This document shows positions 38,546-52,294 of a stretch of 64,000 bases of DNA, piece by piece (position 1 is the stretch's first letter; every line of letters starts with the position of its first letter). Below the pieces are notes generated by a model. That model saw only the letters and a list, made by a program, of their open reading frames with translations. It did not search any database and was not told the DNA's origin. Location of the stretch: positions 1 through 64,000 of the IMG/VR virus record IMGVR_UViG_3300035208_002098, one strand, 5' to 3'. This DNA is from a virus (Duplodnaviria > Caudoviricetes). Position numbers and translations under genes: made by a program.

Positions 38546-41500
38546 TCAGTTAATAATGTGTCAGCCATTACTTCATTATAAGCCCACGAACACTTTGTCC
38601 AGACAAACGTATCTTTAAATTGTTTATGAATCGTACCATCTTGAGCAACCCGTAATGTAAATTTCTGATATCCTTCTTTATCAGGATATCGTTTAGCATA
38701 TTTAAATGCTGATGAAAGACCATGGGTTGCTGTCTCATAAATTTTACCTCTTTTAGATACGTTAGAACCTCTATGTCTATGTGGTTGGTAGTATAACCCT
38801 GTGGGTACATGTTTTACTTTATATGGTTTCATTTTACTTCTAATTTATCTAATATTTCTATTTGAGCGTTGACTTTATTAAATAATTTACCGAATTCTAT
38901 CGGATAAGATAGTCTGTAGCCATCATCATCAAAAGCTTGTGATGCCATAAAATCATATAAATCAATTAAATCTTCTTTAGATTTAACTTCTGATAATCTT
39001 CGTTCAACAGAAGAAATAAATAAATTACTATATTCATCTTTAGTTGATGAACCTTTGGCCATTAGTAACCATATTCCACTTGAAAACATAAAGGATAAAA
39101 ATGTAATCATGGTTGTATCACCAAGTATGTTAAAAAATAGTAATATTAATGTAATTAATAACCCACTAACGAAAATAATTAAACCAATTGTTGACATTAC
39201 ATTTGAAAATTTATTTTCTGTCCAGTCATATTTTTTATTTTCCATAATTATTTCATTCTTTTTGAAGTTTCACCATTCCAATTATCTAATCTAGCGTAAT
39301 ATGGGAACATTTTATAAAACATTGCCCACACTCGTTTTGACCTATTTTTCTTTGGGTATCTAACTTTATGACAATTTTCACCACCACTACCAACATACGT
39401 ACCTTTATTATCCCTAGTTTCTTTTTCAGGACTTTGAGAATACACTAGACCACGTTTATATTTATTAGATTCTAAATTAATAAACATGTCACGAATACTA
39501 TCATATGTTAACCCAAGTTTAATACCTATATTATAAATTTCGAATACTTTATTAATAATAATAAGCTCTTCTTCAGCACCTTTATGATTAACTAAACCCG
39601 TTAATTCTATTTTACGTAGCTTAATATAATTAATATCTGTATGCCTTAAATAGCCACTATATCTAGGTTTATATAAATACTTATTCAGTAATTTCTTATA
39701 CTCTCTTAATTCTTTAGATTCTACCATAATATTCTAATATTGTTTATATTCACTTAAATCAAAACATTTTAAATTACCATCTTTATCCCACCCAACTTCG
39801 TGTCTACATCTACCAGCAAATAGTATCTGTTTCATACTCATTTTTCTTTCATCCCATTTAATTGGATTACAGAATTCTTGTTCGATAACATTACCATTAA
39901 GTTCTAAAGATGTTTTAGCTAATTTAGTACGATTTTCTTCTGATGATTTTCTCCACACCTCAAATTCCTCAAGGTTGTAATCTTTGTGGTCTTTTTCAAT
40001 TAAGAATTTAATGACTTTAGTTTTATCAGCATTAACAAACACATGGCGAGTTAACCCTGAATCCCAATATGCAAAAGCTTCACCATTATATAAAACAATA
40101 TCACTTGTTACATCTCGTTTTTTTTGTTCTAGTATTTGTTCTATTTTCATCTTTAAATTTTTTAATAACCTCTAATAATTTTTTATCTTCTTTTTCTCCA
40201 TAGAAATAAGATTCACTATAGTTTAATCTAGTAAGTATTTCTTCTAGTTTATCACCAAAATAATCGGCTTTAGTTTTTTCATACTTGTATGCTGCCTTAT
40301 CAGCTTTAATAGTAGCGTTTAAGATATCAATTTCACTTTGATGTTTAGTTTTATTTCGTTTGAAGTACCATCTAGCATTATTATGACTAGTATTTAACAT
40401 AGCTAGTTTAATATTTTCTATAAAGGTTATTAACGTAAAATCTTTAAAATAATTTTGTTTATCTCGTTCAAAAAAATATGTAGCATGGTCTTTAGATATA
40501 TCCATGTCATTTAAAAACTTAGTTATTAAACCAGTTACTTCTGAATCATCAGTACCTTGTTCATATACAAATACATCAACTACTTTAATAAATAATTCTG
40601 GGTCTGTATTTTCAAAATAGTCTTGGACTAGTTTTTGAATTTGTTGTATATCACTCATAATACTTAATTTATTATATAATGTTCTATATCTAACGTTTCA
40701 TAATATTCAGCTTTTAGTGCTGAGATTTTTCTATCTAGTTCATCAGTATATTCTATGGTATGTTCTTTAAACCATTTAGAAGAAATTAAAGCATTGAAAT
40801 CGAAGTTATATAATAAACAATCAATTGCATCTTCGGCTTCACTAGTTTTAATAAAATTACCAATACCACCAACCCAAATACATTCTTTACCAGCCACAAT
40901 GCATTTGCCAGTGTCTAATAATTTTCTTGCAATACCTTCCCATCCGGCATATTCATCATTTTTGAAAAAATGTAATAACAAGTATTCTTTTTGATAATGA
41001 GTTAATTTCATATTATTATATTTTAATTATAATACAAAGATATAACAAAGTTTTTACAATTCCAAATATTTTATGGTAAATCTTCTATTCTAGATTCAAT
41101 TAATTTAAATTTCCTAACACCACATACTATAACGTCACAATTAAAATCAGTTGATATATTAATACAAGAATTTGAATTATGGCCAATTAGATATATATTC
41201 ATTGAGCTACCAGTATATTGGTAAGTATCCGTTATAGTCTCTACATCACCATTAGTATATGTCACATTTAGTGTATAATGATATAAATGTTTTTGTTTTT
41301 TTGTCGAACAAGATAGTAAAATAATTAGTATGGTTATTAAATATATTATTTTTTTCATTTATTGTAGGAATATATAATTTAACTTTGATTTATATAAATC
41401 ACCATCTATTTTAAAGAAAAAATCTGATGTGTATATACCAATATAATTCCCAAAATCTTTAATTTGACTAACATTATTAGGCAAATAGATTGTGTTTTCA

Positions 41501-42959
41501 TTTTTATATGTTTGTACAAATAAACATTCCATACCAAGTAATGATTGACCTTTAACATTTTCAATTTGTGAAAGAACTCTTTCTGGTAATTCTTTAAGTG
41601 ATGATTCAATTTTTTCGAATTCATCTTTACTAATAGCTGTTATTGTCATATTATTTATTTTTTTTAAGATAATCGTTAACTATGTTTTTAGGTGTTGGGT
41701 CCAAATGGTCACCAGCTAAAGCCACTAATAAATGACCATATTTATCAGTGCATTCTTTATAGATATAATCAAGGAATAACAACAAATCATCTTCTCTTTT
41801 ATGTTTAATAAAGCGGTCTCTAGCAATAACAAATAATAATGCTTCAATTCTACCCGGTGTTATAATATGACATTTATCCAATAATGATAAAGGTAAAATA
41901 CTCATATCTTTAGTTTTTACAAACTCTCTTATTTGGTCATCAGTTAAAAACTCTAAGTCTTCCCGTTTTAATTTTGCCATAATTATAAAATTTCAACTGA
42001 TTGTAAACATGAGAAACCTATGGTAAATGGTCTACCATCATTATCTCTATCGTCAGATATAAAATTAAAACTAGTATCATTATAACCTAATTTACGTTGA
42101 AGATGGCCTCTATAATAATATAATATATTATTATTAGGGCCAACTTGTACTGAGACTCTAAGGTTGCTTTCTTCATTGCAAGTTCTTAATAACTCAAGAG
42201 CATCTTTACGAAATTGTTTTTCTTCATCAAGTAAACAATTAATTTCATTGTTTAATACTTCTTTTTCTGACGAATATTCACTTCTTATTCTATATGATAT
42301 TTCGTTTTCAATTTTTTTTAAAGATTCAAAGTTTTCACTTCTTTTAATGCGATTATCTTTATTTAAGATTACTTTTTTTTCCATAATACTATTTTTTAGG
42401 TTAATACTATGCAAATATATAACATTAATTTGAATTAACCAAATATTTTAACTATTAATTTGCTGTATGGGTATTTTGTTCTCGTTCTTCAGGTGAAGCA
42501 TTTTCCCATTCTTCTGTAGTAAATAATTTACCTGTTTTACCAATAACCATTTCATGCATTGCTAATACACTCTCAACATCATTTGGAGTTAAATTCATAG
42601 CCAATTGATTTGGATTAGGGTCGTGTACTATATTTAAATCTTTATCAACAATAACAGCATGAGAAACACCATCAAATGTTTGGCTAGGTACTGATGCATA
42701 AAAATATCCGTCAACACCACCATCAAAGTGTGTTACTTTAATTAAGAAATCTGTAGATTTACGTTCTTTATAAATGGAACACATACGATATCCTTTATCA
42801 TGGAGGAATCCATACATAGTTGTATGCCAATTTCCATCTTCTACAAACTCAATAAAATTTGGTACGTCATTTAATTCTAAATCAAGTAAACTAGCAATAG
42901 CTGCTTGCATACAATTACCTTTTTCACTATCAATAATTGTTTGATATACTTTTTTCATA

Positions 42960-43415
42960 TTATAATTTAAGATTTGTTGCGGTGTTATATAATATTAAAG
43001 CTAATTGGCCTGACATATGAAACTTTGTTTTACAAATATCAATACTATCATATATATTACCACCTTTAGTTCTTTCGGCTGCAGAAACCCAATCAAAAAA
43101 TGCTTCAACTAAATCACCTAAGTCAAACCCATTAATACCATTATCATGAAATTCTGGGTGATGTGAATTAGTTTTATAATGATGCTCTAATATTTCTTCT
43201 AAATCTCCCATATTAGATTTATATTCTTCACTCCCATATACTAAATCCTTTAATTTTGGTGTCATATGGTCAAGAACTGATTTCTCAGGTTCCTCTAGTT
43301 TTGAATTATCATGGTTCTCAGCACGTAATTGTAATTGTACTATAAAAGCATTCATAAGTTCTTTGACTCGTTCTTTGTGCTTTAATGTATCTTCTGTTGA
43401 ATCGTATATCCCCAT
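42960..43415 (-). CDS. HD-like/DUF5662-type phage protein
   Basis: H...HD.SK...HHY..N.HHPE...D...DW motif. Confidence 0.55.
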   Translation of the reverse strand: MGIYDSTEDTLKHKERVKELMNAFIVQLQLRAENHDNSKLEEPEKSVLDHMTPKLKDLVYGSEEYKSNMGDLEEILEHHYKTNSHHPEFHDNGINGFDLGDLVEAFFDWVSAAERTKGGNIYDSIDICKTKFHMSGQLALILYNTATNLKL

Positions 43416-43416
43416 A

Positions 43417-43995
43417 TTACATTAAGGTATTAAATTTAATCTCAAAATCATTATAATCATCACAAAAAATTATGAAATCATAATAAACCCCAAGTTCATT
43501 GAAAATGTCTAATAATACTTTTTTCCATAAACTACCAAGCACAAACATTTTAATATCTGTTGATTTACTTAGAGTAACTATATTAATTACTAACATAATT
43601 TCTGCTAATGTTCCAACACTACCCTTTTGTACAACAAATAATTCAGTGTCTTCAGTTAATGTTTCTAGTCTAGAACAAATAGTTTTATTTCTAAATCTAT
43701 ATTTTAAATAATCATTACCAATACTAGTTTTATGTACATCATCACATAAACAACCAATGGTTTCACCACCGGCTTCTTGTGCTCCTTTTGATACAGCTTC
43801 CATTAACCCAAAGTATCCACCAGAACTTACAGTATATCCCTTCTCAGCTAAAAATTTACCTATTAGAATCGTTTCCGCATATTCTTGTGTGGTTCTGTCA
43901 TTTTGTCCACCACCAAAAAATGTAACATCTTTTATTTCATTCATAATTTTATTGTTTATAATTTTTAGGTATATAATTGTAATATGTAAGAACAC
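43417..43995 (-). CDS. LOG/SLOG family nucleotide-binding protein
   Basis: GG..GLMEAVSKGA..AGG and GSVGTLAE motifs. Confidence 0.8.
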   Translation of the reverse strand: MFLHITIIYLKIINNKIMNEIKDVTFFGGGQNDRTTQEYAETILIGKFLAEKGYTVSSGGYFGLMEAVSKGAQEAGGETIGCLCDDVHKTSIGNDYLKYRFRNKTICSRLETLTEDTELFVVQKGSVGTLAEIMLVINIVTLSKSTDIKMFVLGSLWKKVLLDIFNELGVYYDFIIFCDDYNDFEIKFNTLM

Positions 43996-44246
43996 CTATT
44001 AACCAATAAATGTTTAAATCTGTACTATAGATTGTACTGCCTTCTTCATTTTTAACTTCGTAATGGTTATTTAAAATCATTACAGAGCACAATTCATTAA
44101 TGTAGCAATTATCACCACATTCTTTTAAGCCATTTTTTATTAAAAAGTTTTTTACTATATCCATTTTAAAAAGTATTTTCTATTTTTTTATAATTCCATA
44201 AACATAATCTACACATATCCACTTGATAATTAAATTTTTATGTTCT

Positions 44247-45494
44247 TCAACTAGTGGTGTACTTTTTGTGCCTATCAATGTCGCTTTCCATGTGAACTAT
44301 ATCTATCTCTTTAGGTATAGATACTTCGGAAGTCAATACTCCTACTAACGTAGGCAGCTCGTTCCGATTTTTAAGTCTAAGTTCCTTAGACAAGTTTATT
44401 AATGCGAATGATTTGATATTGTTGCTTGCTAACAAGTCTCTATTGTGTGTTGTATGACAAGATTGACAAGTCCAAATTCTATCACTAAGTTTTAATTCTT
44501 TGTTTACCACACCACAAGTGCACATTCTACTACTTGGTTCAAATTGACCTATACGTAATTGATTACAACCATACCACTCAGATTTATAATCAAGCATTTC
44601 ATTGAATTTGCCAATAGCAATATCTGATAATGCTTGAGCAAGTTTATGATTCTTAATCATATTACTTGGTTTTAGTGTTTCAAGGCAAATAGTATCATAA
44701 TTTGTAGTTAAGTAATGACTTATTTTGTGCAAGAAATCCTCACGTTTATTAGCAACTTGTTCATGTAACAAAGCTATTCTTTCTTTTGTTCTTTTACCTT
44801 TAAATCTTGAATATTTACTTTGAGTGTATTTTAATTTACTCATAGCTTTTTTAAGATATTTAGGGTTTTCAATTTCTATCCCATTAGATAATACAGCAAA
44901 TGTTTTAATTCCTAAATCAATTCCAATAGCTTGGTTTTCACTAATTGGTTTCTTGGTAGGTATTTCTTCATTAACTTCTACTAATATAGAAATATAATAC
45001 TTCCCAGTAGGTGTTTTACTGATTGTAGATGTTTTTATAATTCCGTCAAAAACTCTATGTAATTTTACTCTTATCCCTTTTTTGAATTTAGGTATGTGTA
45101 TTTCTTCGTTACACAAGTCAATTTTTGTATGTTGTGGTATACTGAAAGATTGTGAATTATTGTGCTTTGATTTGAAGTTAGGGAATCCTTTTTTATCTCT
45201 AAAGAATTTAGTAAATGCGTTGTCTAAATTTTCTAAAGCTGATTGTAATGTTTGTGAATTAACTTCTTTCAACCAACAAGTGGCTTCATTATTTTTAAGA
45301 ATAGGTAAATTCTTTTGAATATCAAATCGACTAATAGTTTTCTTATCTAACTGATATGATTTAACTTTAAGGTCTAACCCATAATTGTAAATATAACGGC
45401 TACAACCAATGTGCATAGCAATTAGCTGCTTTTGTTCTTTGGTTGGATATAGACGATATTTATAAGCTTTATAAATCATAATGCAAATATACAA
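44247..45494 (-). CDS. tnpB: Full-length TnpB (IS200/IS605 OrfB); probable start MIYKAYKYRLYP at ~45479
   Basis: KAYKYRLYPT HTH, GIDLG RuvC-I, LETL RuvC-II, Zn finger and RDLLASNNI RuvC-III. Confidence 0.93.
   Translation of the reverse strand: MYICIMIYKAYKYRLYPTKEQKQLIAMHIGCSRYIYNYGLDLKVKSYQLDKKTISRFDIQKNLPILKNNEATCWLKEVNSQTLQSALENLDNAFTKFFRDKKGFPNFKSKHNNSQSFSIPQHTKIDLCNEEIHIPKFKKGIRVKLHRVFDGIIKTSTISKTPTGKYYISILVEVNEEIPTKKPISENQAIGIDLGIKTFAVLSNGIEIENPKYLKKAMSKLKYTQSKYSRFKGKRTKERIALLHEQVANKREDFLHKISHYLTTNYDTICLETLKPSNMIKNHKLAQALSDIAIGKFNEMLDYKSEWYGCNQLRIGQFEPSSRMCTCGVVNKELKLSDRIWTCQSCHTTHNRDLLASNNIKSFALINLSKELRLKNRNELPTLVGVLTSEVSIPKEIDIVHMESDIDRHKKYTTS
44272..44400 (-). ncRNA. TnpB reRNA/omegaRNA 3' region and guide
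   Basis: GAAG-TATCTAT...ATAGATA hairpin, then GTTCAC (44292-44297), resembling an IS200/IS605 right end; predicted guide ATGGAAAGCGACATTGATAG. Confidence 0.6.
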
Positions 45495-46041
45495 ATAATT
45501 TTTGTATAAACCAAGTTTTTTTAGTTAATAATTGTTTTATTCTTACATCATGATTAAAACAAAAACGATAACCATTTACCTCATTAAGTTCTATTAATTT
45601 AATATCAGCTACCTCATCTTTTTCAGAATTATTAGTGTTAAATTCATTAATCATTTGAAATAAAGTTTCTTTCGAAGTTATTATATCAAACTGATAATAT
45701 AATGTAACATTTTGTTTATTAGTTATTTTTTCAGTAATAACAAATTTTGGTTGTTCATTATATTTAAAATCATATTTATCAATGTCTAACCCAGTTTCTT
45801 CATATATTTCCCTTTTAGCTGCATTAGCACCAGATTCATCCCAATCTAAATACCCACAAGGTAAATTCCAATACCCTTGAAAATCTGGTGTACCGGTTCC
45901 ACGTTTATTAATCAATACATATGACTTATTTTTAACTTTCACATTAACTAAAGCAACAACAGCAACACTTCTTGATATCCAATATTCTATACCATCTGAT
46001 ATGATACATTTATTTGGTGTGTTATTAAATTTCTTTCCCAT
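45469..46041 (-). CDS. NUDIX hydrolase
   Basis: G.....E....AA.RE..EE.G Nudix box (CGYLDWDESGANAAKREIYEETG). Confidence 0.9.
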   Translation of the reverse strand: MGKKFNNTPNKCIISDGIEYWISRSVAVVALVNVKVKNKSYVLINKRGTGTPDFQGYWNLPCGYLDWDESGANAAKREIYEETGLDIDKYDFKYNEQPKFVITEKITNKQNVTLYYQFDIITSKETLFQMINEFNTNNSEKDEVADIKLIELNEVNGYRFCFNHDVRIKQLLTKKTWFIQKLFVYLHYDL

Positions 46042-46386
46042 TATTGATTTAATTTAACTAATAATTCATTATATTCATCTTCAGTACCAACAAAATGAAT
46101 GTAAAACTCATTTGTTTTATCGGTATGGTCTGAAATGTCATGTTCTATCCAACCTTGCTGTTTCATTAATAGCGTTAATGCTCTCACACTTTCTAACCTT
46201 AATTTATCGTTTGTGTAATATTCAATCATTAATTGGGCGTTATCAATACCATATTGTATATAATCATCGTTTTTAAATATCGGTGAATTTTTAGTGGTTG
46301 ATTCATGTAATTTACCTAATTGGTAAGAAAAGAAATCACGTAATTCAGATTTTTCTAATCCAATATGTACTTCATTATCTTTCATA

Positions 46387-46992
46387 TTATTCAGTTTTAT
46401 TTGTTTCAAAAATTATTGATGTATTACACGTGATTACTTGGCTTTTAATATCTTTTTCAGTACAAATAACATACGATGCGTATTTTATTAAATCATTGTG
46501 TGATGATTGATGTGAACTAATTGCATCGAATCGTGCTTGATTATCACCATCACGTTTCATAACTCTATTATACCTAATTAATAAATCATTCTTTTCATCA
46601 TATGATGCTATAACTGATATTACTTTATCAAATCGTTTATCTAAACCAACCTCTAACCCTTGTGCACATTCAACTATAATATACGGACTTGTTTGTTGAG
46701 AATACCAATAGTTTAATTCACCAAAAATTAATTTACCCATGAAATGTTGTATGGTATCCCTCTTATATTTATTTTTGAAGAATATATCTAAATATTTATG
46801 GTTTAATTTATAATTATCGGTAAAACAATCATGTCCAAGTACATCACGATACATATTTTGAACTGATTCATTAGTTAGTAATAAATTTCTATTAACGGTA
46901 TCAAAGTTAAATATAGGTATACCAAGCTCTTCAAATATTTTTGAAACTGTTGTTTTACCAGCACCAATACCACCAACTAATAATACTTTCAT
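46387..46992 (-). CDS. coaE: Dephospho-CoA kinase
   Basis: GGIGAGKTTV P-loop, LGIPIF..D, and R...RD...Q lid motif. Confidence 0.8.
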   Translation of the reverse strand: MKVLLVGGIGAGKTTVSKIFEELGIPIFNFDTVNRNLLLTNESVQNMYRDVLGHDCFTDNYKLNHKYLDIFFKNKYKRDTIQHFMGKLIFGELNYWYSQQTSPYIIVECAQGLEVGLDKRFDKVISVIASYDEKNDLLIRYNRVMKRDGDNQARFDAISSHQSSHNDLIKYASYVICTEKDIKSQVITCNTSIIFETNKTE

Positions 46993-49185
46993 TTATTGTA
47001 AACTTTTCATGTTTTCTCGTTCAACACCTCTACGAAATTGTTTGTCTTTTTCACAAGTGAATTTTTCGTAAACTTTTATTACGGCACCATCTAATGTTAC
47101 CACTGCTTTGTTTTCTTCGAATTTAGTTTTATACTTTTTCATATTAAATATTTTTTACAAAGTTACTTTATTTATTTCTATTTTTCAAGGTATTAATAAA
47201 ATATAATTTAATTTACTATTAAAATCCCATTTTCAACTGTAAATTGATTATATATTAATATAACATTATTAAACTCTATCATAGCAAAATCATTCACATA
47301 ACTTTCTTCACTAATATCATATCGTGTTACGATTATTTTTAAAGGATTTACAGCTCTTTCATCATCTGATATAAGTTGAATACATTTATATTTATATTGG
47401 CGTTCTAACGCTTTATTTTTAAATAAATAATTTATTGCGTTTATAACACTTTGTATTCTAATATCATTACATCTAACGTTAATACATTCATCATTAAATT
47501 TATTTAAGTTATAAATACTAGACATTATATTTATAGGAACCAAAAAATATCCGGGTATATCAATTTCTTCGTACTGTCGTTCACGTAAATTACCTTGTGG
47601 CATCATAACAAATTGGTTACGATTATTCAGTTCATTAAAATGTTTATTAACGATAGCTTGATAATGGGGATAAGAAATAGTAACAGTAAAAATTGGTATA
47701 TATTCCACAAAGCAATTTATTATAACCCATTACCTTTAACTAACTTAAAGATAACACCACATTTATTACATGAGCGTGAATCACTAGTTTTATAACTATG
47801 ATATCCGGGTCCTAAAACACCATTATTTTCATAAGTACTATTATCAGATATATTTTTAGATTTACAAACCGGACATTTAATAACTAATTTTGGTTCTTCT
47901 TTTTTAATACGATTATCAATTTTTAAATTATCTGGGTTAGAAAAATATTCATTAATAGTCGTTGCTGCCGATACTGGGTCATAATCTTTTGTATAAAAGC
48001 TTTTTTCTATTAATTCTAGTGGAATAAGTTTATCTAAAGCACTTGGTATTTTACCAATAAATGGTTTACCAATAGTACGTTCAATCGGTTCTATTTTTTT
48101 CTTTGACATAATTAATATCGATAATTGTTATTATTAAAATTATTTGTGTCCATATCTGCATCAAACTCATTAGTAACAGCCCAATAGAATATACCTACAC
48201 AAGCTAAGAATACTAATATATAGACTATTACAGCATTCCCACGCATTTTAAATATTCGTGATACTGCATCAATTACTGTATACCCATCACGCATTACTTT
48301 AGAACAAATTAATACGTTACCATTACCTTTTTTCGGATATTGTTTTGGTGATTCATTTGTTATGTTTGGCATCCAAAGAATTAAATCCATGTTCATTTCA
48401 TGTGGTAAACTATCTAATGTACCACCATTAATCACTTCAGTTATTTCTAATTGATTTGCTATTTTAGTAACTACTGACGAACTCTTTGGTTCATCACCAA
48501 AATTACCACCTACAATTAAAGTTTGTATATTTTTATTTATTACCATTGTATTGAGAATGAGATTAAACCATGTATTTTTTTGAATGAAAAGAATTTCTCT
48601 TTTGGTTTACTAAATTGTTTATGATAGTTAATTAGACGTAACCACATTTGGAAATCTTCTTTTTCTTTAACCGTTAATTTACTATTTAATGTTTCAAAGA
48701 TATCTCTAGTTATTTTAGAATCATTTGAAACCGTAATTAATTGTGATGCGTTAAATTGTTCCATTATCATATTTTTTAAATAATTCTTTTAATTTAATAT
48801 TGGTATTTGACTGACATCTATCAAACATGTCATCAATAGAACTACTAATTTCTCGTTTAAATTCAATTATTTGTCCATAATACACAGTGTATGTAAAAGA
48901 TAATGACAATTTAAATGAATATTCATCATAGATTAAACCACCGCTTACTTCGCTAAAATAAAATATAATACCATTGGATTGTAATCTAATAAGATATTCC
49001 TTTATTCCGTGTAATAAATACTGTGTGTATTTATTTGGGTCCAAAATTCTATTTATAAAATTAATATTAACTTCATCAATAATCTTATCAATACCAGTAT
49101 CAACTTTATTATATTCATCTAAGTTTGAATTACTTATGTAACACCTACCTTGATTACTTATTTTAATTGCTAAATCAATCATGTT

Positions 49186-49629
49186 TTATTTATGTTTTAA
49201 TAATTCTGGGTTTTGATGAATATTACCAACCACAATAACATATGATTTAAGTGGAACTAATTTATATTCTCTTATTTGTTTACCATGATTATATTTAGAA
49301 CCATTTCTAGTACAAAAACAACCATTATAGAATATAACCTCACAATTAATTGTAGTACCGTTATTACCATCTTTACAAGCAACTATATCACCATCATAAA
49401 TTTTAGTACCTTTACGGTCATCAACACCAGTATACTGACCTAATGTTTGATAAAGTATATCAGTAAATTGGTTAAATTGGTCACCACAAGGGTCTGACAT
49501 TGTTGGGTTTGTTTGTATAAACTCTACAATTTGATGACAACATTTAGCTGCGTTATAATGTGGGTAACCATAATGCCACGCACCATCATTTAAACCCCGA
49601 TAGTCAATTTCTCTTTTCATTATTTCCAA
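49186..49629 (-). CDS. YopX-family phage protein
   Basis: REI.YRG, GQYTG..D..G..IY.GDI and VVGNIHQNPELL motifs. Confidence 0.85.
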   Translation of the reverse strand: MEIMKREIDYRGLNDGAWHYGYPHYNAAKCCHQIVEFIQTNPTMSDPCGDQFNQFTDILYQTLGQYTGVDDRKGTKIYDGDIVACKDGNNGTTINCEVIFYNGCFCTRNGSKYNHGKQIREYKLVPLKSYVIVVGNIHQNPELLKHK

Positions 49630-51438
49630 GAATATTTAATTTTAAAATCCCAATCACCGATAAAACGTTTTCTAAATACTTGTTTAGCTTTTTGTATTAC
49701 ATCTTCTGGTGTGTCAAATCTATATGTTGGTTCATCAACATCATAATCTTCAAATCTTTTAGCATGTAATGTTTTATCTGATTGTGTAATCATTCTATTA
49801 AGTTCAATAGTCCAATTTACCCAACCAATTGGAAAATCACCATCCGCAAATGTATTCCATGTTTTACCATCAGTACCTTCAAATTCTACATCAGCACCCT
49901 CAAAGGTAAGTTTACCATAATAATGGATTGCATCACCAGATATACCACGATATGAAGTTATGTTAAGAGTAACTTTTCTTTTTGTGTTTTTACGTACACT
50001 TTCTAAACTAGCTGTGTATACTCTTTCACCTTTAGTAAATTGGTCACCATGTTTTACTGAATGGTAATCAATTGTATCAGGAGCATTTTCTTTTGAATCG
50101 TCACCAAATATAACTCTTTTCTTAAAATAGATAATAATCTCATCATCACCATCTAATATTTCAACATTATCAAAATCTTTCTCTTCCTCAACTTCTTTGA
50201 TAACTTCAACTGATTTTTGATTTTCATCATATAATAATTCACCGGTTATTTTATTAACCCAATAATAATTAAAATAATCGTCTTCATCTGGTTCATCGTG
50301 TTCTTTAACGATATATTCAGTGCCATCTTCATCCCAAACAGTTACTACAATAGCGTTTTGATTTCTATTTTTAATAGCATCGATTAAATCAATACCAGTA
50401 ATAACACTTTCAACGCCTCTGTGATGTAAGTACATTGCGTATCGACATTTATATGATTTATTAGACATAATATATTATTTTAAATTAAACATATGCAAAG
50501 ATAAATAAAATAAATGATAATACCAAATATATTATGATTTATTTTTTAATTTACGTTTTTGGCCATGATATTCAATACCTTTAAAACTATTTTTATCAAA
50601 ACCATGTGATTCAATTTTAATTAAATCAGTGATTTCTTCTTTTTTTAATTTTATTTCTTCATCGGTTAGGAAAGAATATTGTTTTTCATATCGAGCCCAT
50701 TTTTTATATCGTCTGTCATTTAATTGTTTACGGTGTCTATCTTCTCGTTTAAGACGATGATATTCTTTATCGTTAACATCATCAAAATGTTTCCAAAAAC
50801 CACTTACAACTATTCTAGCCCAACGTCTAGGATTATCACGCCAAGTTAAATTGTTTTTAATTTCACCAGTTTCATTATGATGATAACCTTCAGCATAATC
50901 ATATGATTCGAATGTTACACCATTACTAGTATCTTTTTTACGTTTACGATATCTTTTTTTATATTCAGGATTTATTTGGATGTTACCTTTATCATCAACA
51001 ATGTACTCGCTTGGATAGCTAGAATATCCCCAGCTTTGGTGTTGGTTAAAGTTATCTAGAAATTCATATTGTTCATAAACTTTAACTTGATTACAATAAT
51101 AACTAAAGGCTTTATCAAATGATTTACCTAAGAATTTTTTAATAACTCTTTCTGCTTTAACCCAAGGGTAATCACTTTTTTCACTTCTATAATGTGGATG
51201 GTCAAAACGTGGTAAATCCCACATATCACCATATTTTCTAGTAATATAAGCTTTTCTACCTTCTTTGAATGGAAGAGTTTCTAATATTTCAATATGTTGT
51301 TCCATGTAATACATTATTATAAATAGATAAAAAAAATGGTAGCTTACCTACCAGCACGAGTCTGAAACGCTCCGAGTGTCTACCCAGCCACACCGGTCTC
51401 CAACCAGTTGTCTATCAGGTACTTAATTGTGGCAATCG

Positions 51439-51570
51439 TGGGGGAACAGGCATCGAACCTGTATTTACACTTTGGACTGTCGTGCAATTATTACGCATTT
51501 CGTGGCACCATTCTGTCCTAGACTCGGCTTATCCATACGTTATAGTGTCTACCAATTCCACCATCTCCCC
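51439..51570 (-). ncRNA. Oversized tRNA-like RNA D (~132 nt)
   Basis: GGGGAGATGGTGGAATTGGTAGACAC (Leu-like D-arm) ... ACAGGTTCGATGCCTGTTCCCCCA. Confidence 0.65.
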
Positions 51571-51675
51571 AAATGTAGTCTTTTCCTACAGTCAACGTTA
51601 ACCTATTGCAGTCTAAACGTATGTGAGTTCCTCCGATTTGAAAGGTGTCGCTTAACTCATTCGTGCATATCCTTG

Positions 51676-51803
51676 TAGGATGAATAGGATTCGAACCTAT
51701 AATGTGTTGCCCGTAAGACGCTTGGTTGCGGAGCAGTGCTATTTCACAACGCTTACTCTATTACTCTCTCAGGACTCGTGTATACCAATTCCACCACCAC
51801 CCT
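51676..51803 (-). ncRNA. Oversized tRNA-like RNA E (~128 nt)
   Basis: AGGGTGGTGGTGGAATTGGTATACAC ... ATAGGTTCGAATCCTATTCATCCTA. Confidence 0.65.
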
Positions 51804-52026
51804 ATTTTGCTTTACATTGAGATTACATATAAAGTCTAGTTATTATCGGTTTTCTTTCTTTCAATAAACCTGCCACACTTCTGTTGTTTAAAAAAGTCAA
51901 ACTACTTGGAGCCTCTGTTACCTAGCTTTTATTCCCAACGAAACTGGCGTTTAAGGATGTCCAGTTCAATACCCTACCCATTGTTATAAGTCTTGGGTTA
52001 AAGACCACTTGTACCTCTTACAATTG

Positions 52027-52097
52027 TGCTGCGAATAGGACTCGAACCTACATCCTGAAGTATTTCCCTCCCTGTTCTACCATTAAACTACCGCATC
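52027..52097 (-). tRNA. Normal-length tRNA-like gene with non-canonical anticodon loop (pseudo-tRNA)
   Basis: GATGCGG-TA-GTTTAATGGTAGAAC...GTAGGTTCGAGTCCTAT-TCGCAGC-A; loop GGAAATA lacks U33. Confidence 0.55.
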
Positions 52098-52252
52098 ATT
52101 GTTGACTCGACTTTAGCCCAGTCTTTTATATAAGCATATAGGTTATATATCTTATATGGCTACCTAGAATTATGTCTAGCTCACATCTAGGGGACTCAAC
52201 CTTTACACTTGAATCAGAGGTGGTTGGTACTATTCATTATGTGTTAGAGACA

Positions 52253-52294
52253 GTTGTTTTAAAAATATATCTTAATTTGAAATCTATTTACAAC
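52253..52294 (-). repeat. Solitary 42-nt CRISPR-repeat variant
   Basis: GTTGTTTTAAAAATATATCTTAATTTGAAATCTATTTACAAC on + strand. Confidence 0.8.

Noticed and set aside
44272-44291. TnpB guide match at ~53481
   Set aside because: Only 9 nt (AAAGCGACA) identical; not significant.
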